A stretch of DNA of 63,922 nucleotides, filler included, from Licmophora abbreviata (lineage: Eukaryota), in the NCBI GenBank assembly GCA_900291995.1. It is 15 parts of 15 records of this genome, joined end to end, with 100 filler letters (N's around TTAATTAATTAA, not from the genome) between each part and the next. Parts side by side here need not be neighbours in the genome. Positions count along the whole stretch, not along the records: positions 45,460 to 57,804 come from OLMU01001560.1; positions 57,905 to 59,488 come from OLMU01001561.1; positions 59,589 to 62,752 come from OLMU01001562.1; 12 more parts are not named here. One strand, given 5' to 3'. The notes under the pieces were generated by a model. It was not told the DNA's origin. It saw nothing but the letters and a program-made list of their open reading frames with translations, and ran no database searches. This document shows positions 50,621 through 60,645 of the stretch, one piece after another; within the stretch, counting starts at the first letter, position 1; each line of letters begins with the position of its first letter. The position numbers and the translations under genes were made by a program.

Positions 50621-51826
50621 CTATCGAATCCCTTCGTAGAACTGATACTTTGGAACGTGTCGTTTGAGAAACTGCCAGGCCAGATCGTCGTGGATGTCCC
50701 CTCTCGGGATGCTGTCCAGCGTAAAGTTCTGACACAACAGATTGACTTCATCGTAGCCATGCGACATGCGCCCCCGGTTGCATCGCTTCAGCGTGTATTC
50801 TTCCAAGCTCTTGTACATGTAGTGGTGTATGGCAGCAACATCGATTGTTCCGTTCGAATTCCAACTCGGATTGTTCACCCCGTACTGTTCCATCAAGTCT
50901 CCCTTGATCTCAGTGCCATGCGGATCTCGTCGTGTGCCCTGTTTCAGATAGACCCAATGAGGCGACCGGTTCCGGTCGTAACTGTCAACATGGACGATAG
51001 ATTTGACAATCCGCGACATGTTCAGACGATACTGAAAGCGATACGTCAGTGGGATAGGTTCGTATGCGGTTCGATTGGCAGTACCAAAGCGTACCCAGTT
51101 TATACTGACCGAACCGGTTGGACAGGTTTCTCGCAAGAAGTCGATCACATTGGAATGCCTTTTCAAGACCAGATACTCATCCACATCGATCAGTGCTACC
51201 CATGTGTGTCCATCTCTCTTGACATGCTGGTTGATGCATCGCTTCTGTCCGACTCGTTGTCTTTGAGGTCCCGTGTTGTTATAGTGCACAATCTCGGTGT
51301 TGGGGTAGGAGTCCTGATATTGCTCGAGCTCAAAGTCCAATGAGTTATCGTAAATATAAATGTTGCTAAAGCCCAACGCCAAATGATAGTCAACAAACTC
51401 TTCAATGTAATTTGGTTCACTCCGAACCATCATGCAAACAGCTGCGGTTTGATCATACTTGTTCACTGATGGCGATGGTTCTCGATCCGGCGATGCACCG
51501 TCCTCGATGAGCGGATCTAATTTCTCGACTTTCCCACCATCGTCTTCTAGCTTTGTTCTTCGAGCATCGTCAGACCCTCTCTCCAATGGCTTCATACGCA
51601 GCGACCAGATACCTTCTGCAAGGTCCCGATCATGGCTTCTTGCCGCCATGGATGACGACTCTGTGGTGACCATGACCAGAATAGACGTGCCCGCAAATGC
51701 CGTAACAATGACAAAGAGAAAAAATGCTAGCATCCTGCGATCAAGCCTCCGTCGACTAGTGCCCCGACCGGCCATGACTGGGGACAGAATGGGTCTTACG
51801 TCTCTACTGCTGCTCACCATCGTCAT
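50621..51826 (-). CDS. Type II membrane glycosyltransferase (GT92/GT2-like)
   Basis: N-terminal TM; VCMMVRSEPNYIEEFVDYHLALGFSNIYIYDN, WVALIDVDEY (DxD), KSIV, IHHYMYKSLEEY. An in-frame upstream ATG at 51940 is an alternative start. Confidence 0.87.
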   Translation of the reverse strand: MTMVSSSRDVRPILSPVMAGRGTSRRRLDRRMLAFFLFVIVTAFAGTSILVMVTTESSSMAARSHDRDLAEGIWSLRMKPLERGSDDARRTKLEDDGGKVEKLDPLIEDGASPDREPSPSVNKYDQTAAVCMMVRSEPNYIEEFVDYHLALGFSNIYIYDNSLDFELEQYQDSYPNTEIVHYNNTGPQRQRVGQKRCINQHVKRDGHTWVALIDVDEYLVLKRHSNVIDFLRETCPTGSVSINWVRFGTANRTAYEPIPLTYRFQYRLNMSRIVKSIVHVDSYDRNRSPHWVYLKQGTRRDPHGTEIKGDLMEQYGVNNPSWNSNGTIDVAAIHHYMYKSLEEYTLKRCNRGRMSHGYDEVNLLCQNFTLDSIPRGDIHDDLAWQFLKRHVPKYQFYEGIR

Positions 51827-52119
51827 GAAGAGGATCACGCCATTATCATGGTGGGATGCGTGATTGTGTACGTTTTCAAAATTGGTTTGCAGTTTTGAAT
51901 TTTCATGATTTCTAAAATTCCGGATGCCCTCCCTATACATGTAGCGGTACCGTTTCCGGCACTGGCTACGGGTACATTAACCGGTAGAAGCCGTGACGAT
52001 TGAATCTACCCTAACGGTAAGCTTTCATCTACCTTGTATGCTGATGTTTGACAATCCAGTTGTACGCGGCAAACCATACTGGTCTGGAAAACCACGTGCA
52101 GAAATAGTCTTAGGCAATA

Positions 52120-53709
52120 TCAACTACTGTTTATTTTGCTGCGAGTACTACTACTACTTTTCATTGAAATAGGAGTATGCGTCGGAGCCTCGGGAAGAGA
52201 AAGGGGTGGCAGCGCAGGATTCGTACTTGCCTTCGTCCCGATGGTTTTGCTCGCATAATTATCCTCCAAAATGAGTTTCTGAAGTTCGCCCAACAAATCA
52301 TCTTCTTCTTCGCGCGAGACTTGGGAAATCGCAAGGGGCAAAGTTGGCGTTTCGTCGAGCTCCTCCTGCAGGTCGCCAATGACCGTTTCGACATCAGGCG
52401 TCTCTAGCCGCAACTGCTTCAATGCGCCTGACGTCGATTGAAGTGCTTGGAGGACCTGGGTCTGGTTGATATGGGAGCTTTCCAATTCAAGCTGGGCATG
52501 ATGCAAGTTGAGCAGCGTCGCTTGAGCAGTCTCTACGTGTCCACTTAGAAGCCGTCGTTTTCTGAGTTGCACTAGTGCCGCCTTTTCGTCCCCTCGTGCC
52601 TTGGCCTGGGATGCACGGCGTGTGCACTCGTCCATGGCCTTTGTCCACTTGAGAACGTTGCGCTCCGTGTCGTCGATGGCTTGATCCAGCTGAAACAGTG
52701 CAACGTGTACTTGTCGCTGCGAATCAGTCAATGCAGGTGTCTTGCGCTTGCAAAGTATCAGCAATTGGTTATCAGATACCGCTTCCGCATGTCCAAGCTC
52801 TATCAACACTTGCACCAAAAAGTCCAAATCGGGGGAGGAAAGGCTCTTCAGTAGCATCGCTCCTGCTTCCATCGGCTCTTGTGCATGAGCATTGCCACGA
52901 CACCATCCCGTCCATGACGTCTTGCTCTTTCCAAGTTGTCCCTGATACAAGACCAAAAGAGACGACTCTGACTCACCCTCTATCCGATCCAAGACATACT
53001 CGACGCATTGCTTTACTAATTCGACACACACCACTCGTTCCGTGTAGTCCACGAGTGCTGACATCCCAACACTCGCGGTAGCATCGTCATTCACCTGTGC
53101 CCATGTGCTAGCATCTTTCTCCTCTTCATCGTCCTCCTGAAGGTCCGTATCATCCACACCAAGCAAAATCAAATTTGAGAGTTGACCAGCTGCCCACGAG
53201 ATACCAGAGTACCGGTAGACGGCTCGAGGAGCCGTCCACATCAGTGAGAAAGACTCCGATTGAGTGGCAGTAGCCGAGGCAAGTCGTCGCTCCTGCTCAA
53301 TCCACCGTGCCGCTGCGGGTATATCGCCAACAGAAATGACCTGATTCGTGCGCGGACGTTTCATCCCAGGCTGTGTAGCCTCCTGAAGCTCCAAGACGCG
53401 ATGCACGGACGACGACAGGGTGTCGTCGTGTAAACATGTTCGATATAGGGCCTCCTTCCACGTAGTACCGTTGGGGGGAGACGATGACGGTACGGATAGA
53501 TCTGCACGACCCAGGATGGACGGCGAAAGAGGAGTCGAGTCGTATACAGAAGCAGGCACCAGCGGATTCACTGGCGGCGCAACGTTCGTAGTGGTCGAGT
53601 CTCCCTCCTCCGAACTCATCGTCTCCGTGCCGTCATTGTTTTTCAACGTTTGCGGCTCTTGACTTGATTCTTTCTCTTCTTTCTTAGTGCGTCTGAAAAA
53701 AGAAAACAT
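52120..53709 (-). CDS. Snf7-family ESCRT-III protein with long N-terminal region (CHMP7-like)
   Basis: C-terminal Snf7-like helices: AKARGDEKAALVQLRKRRLL...TLLNL...VLQALQSTSGALK...DVETVIGDLQEE...EDDLLGELQKL...LPEAPTH. Confidence 0.72.
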   Translation of the reverse strand: MFSFFRRTKKEEKESSQEPQTLKNNDGTETMSSEEGDSTTTNVAPPVNPLVPASVYDSTPLSPSILGRADLSVPSSSPPNGTTWKEALYRTCLHDDTLSSSVHRVLELQEATQPGMKRPRTNQVISVGDIPAAARWIEQERRLASATATQSESFSLMWTAPRAVYRYSGISWAAGQLSNLILLGVDDTDLQEDDEEEKDASTWAQVNDDATASVGMSALVDYTERVVCVELVKQCVEYVLDRIEGESESSLLVLYQGQLGKSKTSWTGWCRGNAHAQEPMEAGAMLLKSLSSPDLDFLVQVLIELGHAEAVSDNQLLILCKRKTPALTDSQRQVHVALFQLDQAIDDTERNVLKWTKAMDECTRRASQAKARGDEKAALVQLRKRRLLSGHVETAQATLLNLHHAQLELESSHINQTQVLQALQSTSGALKQLRLETPDVETVIGDLQEELDETPTLPLAISQVSREEEDDLLGELQKLILEDNYASKTIGTKASTNPALPPLSLPEAPTHTPISMKSSSSTRSKINSS

Positions 53710-53959
53710 GACACTCTCCTATCTTTTCAGCAATCAATGGAAGAAGATCTATGATACAACAGGCACAAAGCATAGCACCGCGCCGGTGTGTCGCAATGTC
53801 GCAATCACATCGAAGGACGACTGCACGAATGGAGGCCGCGCTCTCGGTTCCGGGAAAAAGAGGTATCCATTACAACCCGGATGTACAATTTGAATTTACC
53901 TTGCACGAAAAGCGTCGCGGCGTCACGCACCGCACACACATCACAGCAACAGTTTGACC

Positions 53960-56177
53960 ATGATGATGACCACCTTGTCGTCGATACATTCTGTATTTTG
54001 GTCATGGGGGACCTTCTGGCTGGTGATTATGCTTCTTGCACCTTTATTATCGATGCCTATGCCAGATCTAGCGAAGATATTTGGTAGAAAGAAGACGAAG
54101 AAGAGGTCGTCAACTAGTGGCGTCCTGAGAGGTGGAAAGTACACTCCCGACCACCCGCTGGATCACGACGCTCCCGCCTTTCTGCAGGCCGTGCCAGAGC
54201 CATCCGAAACTTCTGTCGTCTGGAAGAAAATCCTCTATCGTCTACTTGTTTGGGTTTTGAGCGTCATGTCGACGATACTTTTGGTCGTATGCACCAGCAT
54301 AACACGTCTCGTTCGTCGCGCATGGCGAGGGTGCCGACAGTTCTACAATGCGCATCGCAGAGACACTCCGCCGCAAGTGTCGTTCGTGGAGGAAACGGAT
54401 GGTTCTGTCAAGACGACGCATCACACCTTTGATCCCAAGACTGCACCACGCAGTCGTGTACAACAAAAGACGCCTGTCGTCTTGACAACGACGGACCACG
54501 CTTCCGAGGAAGATAGCGGCATGACAACACCTACGAACGGGACTGCGCCACAAGGCCGAGTCAGCAGCCAGCTGCACACTCCACCGCCTCCTAGAGATCA
54601 ATGGAAGCAAGACATCTCCCTGTCGAAAGAGAAGAAAAAGGACCCATCGACGACTCCTCCATCCACGACGTCTCTGCATCGTTTCCGACATTCTTCTGTC
54701 CTCGCCTACCAGTCCTCCCCGTTTCTGTCTAGCTCCAGCCGGGCTCTGGTGGCGTCATCTGCGTCTCGTCTTCCTCTCTCACAGCTATACAAGCAGCAAA
54801 TACAAGAACGACAGAGTAAGACACCAGATTCGGTCGTCTTCAAGCGACGGCGACCGGACAGTATGACTCCTTCTCCATTGCAGGAGACACCCTCCAAGCG
54901 ACGCAAAACCTTTGCAAGTCCACGAGTCGCACTGAAGGCTTCTTCCTCAAGTCGTCGTCGTAGGCCAGCGAGTTTTCTTACGCGTGCTTCCTTGCAACTG
55001 AGTCACGAAGAACGGGAGCAGCGTGATGCGTGGTTGTGGGAAGACTTTAGTCGACCGCAGAAGCGTATAAAGAACAACGAGAATGTGTCTCCGAACAATG
55101 CGACTGCTAGGACTGGGACGGCTGCTCCAGCATCATTTTCTCTCGGTGCCTCACAAACTCTTGCAACCAGCGATACTTCGGCGGCAGTGACTCCCGCGGT
55201 GAAGGACGCCGTTGCCTCTGCGGTTGCCCAGCCTGGCGGAACGGTTCCGCCTTCACAAGCCGTCGCGGCAAGCAAGCCAGTGTTCTCGTTCGGACAGACA
55301 CCAGCACCTGCTACGGCGCCCGCTCCCGCGATGAAGGACGCTGTTGCCGTTGCTCAGCCTAGCGGAACGGCTCCACCGGCACAAGCTGTCGCGGCAAGCA
55401 AACCAGTGTTCTCGTTCGGACAGACCCCAGCACCTGCTACGGCAGCAACGGCGCCAGCTACCTCTGTCGCTCCGGTGACTTTTGGGAATATGCCAACGCC
55501 CGCCGCAACAAATTCTTCGGAGAAAGACCAAAGCGCGGCAGCAGCTCAACCCACTGGTGGCTCCTTTGGCGCACCAGCATTTGGTGCATCGACCTCGACA
55601 CAGCCTTCATTTGTCGCGGCTCCAATACCTACTACTCAATCAGTGCCATCATTTGGTGCTCCTGATGCATCTCAACCTGCCTTCACTGCTGGTCCAGCAC
55701 CAGCCTTTGCTGTACCACCAACGTCTCAGGCTTCATTTGGTGGGGTTCCGACAGCTGCTCCTACCTTTGGAAGTGCGCGCCTCGACTCAACCAGCGGCAA
55801 CTGGGTTTCAGCAGTCCTCGTTCACATCAGGGGGCGCTGCACCAGTTCCTACAAGCTCGACCGCTGCTCCCTCATCGCAGCCTTCGTTCGCGTTCGATAC
55901 TGCCCCGGCCACACCCAAGGCAACACCGTCCTTCGGTGGAGGGGCTACGACTCCACCAACCGCTCCGAACTTCGGGGTGCCTCCGGCTCCACAAGCTACG
56001 ATCAAGGCTGGTGTGTCTTCGATCGGTGGCGGTGCACCCGTCATGCCATCCTTTGCTCCGCCCGCGGCTCCAGCCATGCCAGCTTTTGGTGGTACAGGCG
56101 GCGCGGTGGCCGCCACGGCGACCACAACTGGAGGTGCCAGTGCTCGTCGACGAGCTGCTCGACACAAGCGTCGGTAG
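53960..56177 (+). CDS. Transmembrane FG-repeat nucleoporin-like protein (POM121/PNET1-like architecture)
   Basis: Two N-terminal hydrophobic segments, basic NLS-like clusters (KKTKKR, KRRRP, PSKRRK), many FG/FSFG motifs, basic tail ARRRAARHKRR. A frameshift at ~55779 joins the two ORFs. Confidence 0.68.
55191..55443 (+). repeat. Imperfect tandem duplication (~125 bp x2) inside the FG-repeat gene
   Basis: 55191-55317 and 55323-55443 both encode PA(V/M)KDAVA...AQP.GT.PP.QAVAASKPVFSFGQTPAPATA. Confidence 0.9.
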
Positions 56178-56308
56178 GATGAGTACACCAAGTCTAAGAA
56201 CGACAATGTAATCTGCTTCTCTAATGCTATTATCAGGTGCAGTTGCAAAAAAGGTGCTTGCGCTAGGAGAGTAGTTTGTATATCTGTAGTAGACAGGATT
56301 CCCATCCT

Positions 56309-57639
56309 CTACTTGCCTTCACATGGATACGAATGCTGACTGACAATCAACGCTACAATCAGGCCACTGTGCGAAATAGAATGACAGTTATTACGGATGA
56401 GTACAGTCTCAGTCACAACAACACCATCATCACATCCAAATAGTGATACTCACTACAACGCTAAGGCCTCGGAAAAGATGAGCATGATCAACATTCCCAC
56501 AAACAACTTGTTCTGATCCTCTGATCCACTGACTTCTTCTCCAGCACCCGCCGCGTCTTCACCGTCGGGAATGGTTGAGTAACCCTCCTTTTCGCTGCCA
56601 CTGGGAAAGAGTGTGATTTGGGATGCTCGATAGCCAACGGCACGGACGCCATAGTCACCGACAATACCAATGCAGGCTCCGGCGGCAAGTCCGGAAATTC
56701 CACAGCACAGGCCAGCACATAACTTTACAAATATAGAATCAGAAAGAGTGAGTCGAAAAGGACCAAGATTCAGCCCACCGGTCTCGCTTTTGTAACTTAC
56801 ATGAGCCATCCCTGTATAGGTGGAATATACATTGTTACGTGCATTGGTGGGAGTTTGGATCCCTTGCGCGAGAATGACTCCAACAATGAGTCCGTAGATT
56901 CCAATGACTATAAAGAGGAGGATACAAAGCGAATACAGCGAGGAGATCAGAATCACGATCCAAGCGACGAGTCGCCAAAATCAACAAAGCATAGTGCACT
57001 CGTCACCAGCGATTGCTCTGCTGCCTCTCTTTCCAGAAAACACGTACCTCCCGCCATGACAATGGGAATAACATTCTTCATTATGGATTTTGGATGGCGA
57101 ATGCCCGTGTGGACCAAGCTTGTACCAGCCTTCCAGGTTCCCCACTGTGCGTGAAATTAGGTTCGAAACGAAGGAAGTAGAGGATGTCAAAACGGAACGG
57201 CAAGTCGAGTCAGTAAAGCGTCTCGTAGTCAATCAGCATGATGTAAGCATACCCATGAAAGGCACCCCGCCCACAAGAAACACCCAAACACTGCAAGCGG
57301 CTCCTTCCTTCCAACAAGCCCCCACCATGGTTATCCCCGTCGCTTGCACCTCCATCGGCGCATCTTCCACTCGGTATCAACATCCACCACTGAATACACA
57401 TATGTACTTCATCCATAAGTAAAGGTGTTCGCAATTTCCCCTCTCCACCAATCACAGTGCGCCTCAACGCACATCCGCGAACACCCCCGCGAAACCTCCA
57501 AGTCGTACACGGAAGCAGTGTGGGAACCTACCGCGCTTCCCCAATTGCTCAGAACAACAGCAGAAGCTACTCCAAGATAGCCCAGCGCAGTCGCCCAGGA
57601 AGGACAGAGCGCATCTGCTGGAGTCTCATCGTCGTTCAT
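56309..57639 (-). CDS. V-ATPase V0 proteolipid subunit c, divergent paralog 2
   Basis: Exons 57639-57532, 57144-57048, 56907-56801, 56722-56454 and 56366-56309. Motifs [50 protein letters not shown]. Confidence 0.92.
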
Positions 57640-58038
57640 TGTAAAAAAAGTGAAGGAGAGACGACGACGCTGCTGTCGTGACTGGCGGCAGTCTCGAAAA
57701 TGTCTGTCACCAAGCGTGAGACAAGAGTTGTGGAGTACTAACTCCACACAGTTTCTACTGTTCTGGTAGATATCTACGTACATTCTACGTGAATTTGCCG
57801 AGTGNNNNNNNNNNNNNNNNNNNNNNNNNNNNNNNNNNNNNNNNNNNNTTAATTAATTAANNNNNNNNNNNNNNNNNNNNNNNNNNNNNNNNNNNNNNNN
57901 NNNNGTTCTGGTAGATATCTACGTACATTCTACGTGAATTTGCCGAGTGAGCCTTGCCCAGCGCGCTTTTTTTCACTTCCCACCATCTTTCAGCAGCACC
58001 TCATCGCTCGCTTTCAACGCCAGCGACCCGATTCGACC

Positions 58039-59037
58039 ATGACCACCGTAACAGCTGGAATGGACACATGTCCCGACTGGGCACCATTTTTGTAAGTCCC
58101 AGAACGTGAGGAAAGGAAGAGAGAATGAAAAAGAAGGATTGACAAGCGAGCAAACGATTTCAGTCACAGCGCGACGACGAGATCCTTGCGATTAACGCTA
58201 TCTCTAATCATCGAACTCACCTTCGCATCTCGTTGCGTTTTCTACTCTATTGTTATCATTCTGATGCATCAGTGGCTACTTGGGAGCCGCTTCCTGTGCC
58301 ATCTTAGCAAATTGGGGTTCCGCATGGGGCACATGGAAGGCTGGATTAGGCGTGTGTCACATGGGAATTGACTACTCGAAGGGTGTCATTAAGAATATTG
58401 TCCCTATTGTCATGGCGGGAGTCCTGGGTATTTACGGACTCATTGTTTCCGTCATTATTGTGCAGAGTATTTTGCCTCCCGATGCCGACAATGCCACCAC
58501 CTACAGTGTTTTCAATGGATGGTCCCATGTAAGTAGTACGGGCTCGCGCGCGCAAGTACTTGGCAGAAGTAGAAACAAAAGCGTAACGCGCTCACAACCA
58601 TTTTCTCGTTACTACTTTTCTCTCTCTCTCTCAACACAGCTCGCCGCCGGCCTCTGCTGCGGCCTCTCTTGTTTGGCTGCAGGCGGAACTATTGGAATCA
58701 TCGGCGACGTGGGCACACGTGGGTTCGGTTTAAAGGCGAGCGGCGGTCGACGGTGCTGGGACTCGGAGGATGGAGGCGGCGATGGCGGCGGTGACTCGTC
58801 GGCGGCACGAGAAGCCGTGTCGGCCGAAGATGCCAACAAACTCTATGTTGGACTACTGATTATGCTTATTTTCAGTGAAGCACTCGCATTGTAGTACGTA
58901 CGAGCGTGTATCTTTGTTGTTGCTATGCGTGCTGGCATCTCTCGTTACTGTTCCTCACGTTGATTCTTATTGATAACTACAGTGGTTTAATTGTTGCACT
59001 CATCTTGAGTCAAAACAGCTACTACTGTGGAAAGTAG
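58039..59037 (+). CDS. V-ATPase V0 proteolipid subunit c, divergent paralog 3
   Basis: Exons 58039-58091, 58273-58528, 58640-58893 and 58983-59037. Same intron positions as paralog 1; [12 protein letters not shown]. Confidence 0.92.
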
Positions 59038-59416
59038 TCGTAGCGGTAGATTTTGAAAGACAACACGCTTTGTCAATGACATACGACCAGGAGGGTAGTC
59101 GTCCCATATGAATATGTCAGCCACATTGTTATTGGGATAAGCTACCAAAACAACACTTTTTAGCCCTTTGTAATGCTCTCCCTCTCTCCTAGTTCTATAG
59201 AAGTATGATCTCTAGTTGATGCTCTGAAGACTTCCAGTAGATAAATATGAGAGTCATCATTCTCAACACGGCGTCGTTTCCTTTTGTATGCGCGCCGCCG
59301 TCTTGCTCAACGCGCGCGTCCTGCCGCCGACAAAACACACGACCACACAACAACCACATCGACCATGATGTGCTGCCTGATGTCGCTTGCGTCTTCTCTG
59401 GAGCAATTACTACCCT

Positions 59417-60454
59417 ATGGACCTCCTGGCGGTCTATGATGACACTGATGACGAGGAGAATCTATCACCAGAAGATGAATGCACGACANNNNNNNNNNNN
59501 NNNNNNNNNNNNNNNNNNNNNNNNNNNNNNNNTTAATTAATTAANNNNNNNNNNNNNNNNNNNNNNNNNNNNNNNNNNNNNNNNNNNNCAGAAGATGAAT
59601 GCACGACAACGGCGACACAAGCTGCATCGTCTACGCTAGGACGAGATCTGCATACTCATCCTACAGCCGCCGTGCGTGGCTCCGTTTACATTGTGTCTTC
59701 GCTGACGACGCCAGACGAAGACGATCCTCCAGTCTTGTCGTCGCTCTTTGTTCGTTCCACTCCTCATGTGAGAGGAAACTGGGCGGGTCATGTGTTTGTG
59801 AAATTGGCAGAACAGGATTCCATGAGGGAGTCCATGTGGCACAGACGAGCGCGTCGATCCACACGGCGGCTTGGCGACGCTCTGGAACGTGCAGGCTGGT
59901 CGGGGCCGTTGGTGACACACTTTCCTCTTGATTATACGACAAAGCGTGGAGACATCTCCCCACCAGGCCTCCATCTTTCTCTATCACGCCCCTTCTTTCT
60001 CCAACTGGCCTCGATACCCTCCTTTGTCCAGAGTTTGCAAGAACGATTGAGTACGGAACGAAGTATTTCTTCTCTGGCTGTCGAGACGGCCGAGGAACGC
60101 ATGCTGGTTAACGATGATGGGACACGCTCCTTTTGGTGCTGGTCCGTCACACGAAGCAATGCATCCCTGCTTAGGATTCTGGCTCATGTCGATGCAGTCT
60201 TGTCCGCCTATCAGCAACCGACATACTACAATCCTCCCGACTTTCATATTAGTGTCGCGTCCGTCCCGGGAGATGTCAGGAGTGCATTGGCAGAAAGTGA
60301 GGCGAGCAGGAAAGAAGCAATGCGTGATGAGAAATCAAGTGACGACAGCGATTCCGACGAAGATGACTTTCAAGCGTTCCTGCAGATCCAACGAGTGTAC
60401 TGCTCGTTTGGAACAACCAAATTGTTTGCCATAGATTTGTTGCCCTCCTACTGA
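59417..60454 (+). CDS. USB1: U6 snRNA phosphodiesterase Usb1 (2H family)
   Basis: Motifs RSTPHVRGNWAGHVF, LHLSLSRP, LVNDDGTRSF, YYNPPDFHISVAS. Start MDLLAVYDD at 59417; the frame is continuous once the 20-nt overlap across gap 59489-59588 is collapsed. Confidence 0.88.
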
Positions 60455-60645
60455 TAATACTACTATAGTGATGAACGAGAAGCACCCACGTTAGGCGTTA
60501 CTCGTTCCCCGGCGCCACGTAGACTGCCGGTCCACCAGTGGTTCACATTTGCTCCGCAGAGGTTCAAAATAACATGAAAGTTTTTTATTACACAACCCGC
60601 TACATAGACAAATTCCCCTACAATTCTATTTCCCGCTATTCCTCT

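Noticed and set aside
50657..51343. Long antisense or overlapping ORFs (this one, 6632-7339, 9972-10664, 44514-45152 and others)
   Set aside because: They are shadows of well-supported genes and have no motifs of their own.
57145..57531. Unusually long 387-nt intron as a snoRNA host
   Set aside because: No convincing C/D or H/ACA boxes with terminal stems are visible; an Infernal/Rfam scan would be needed.
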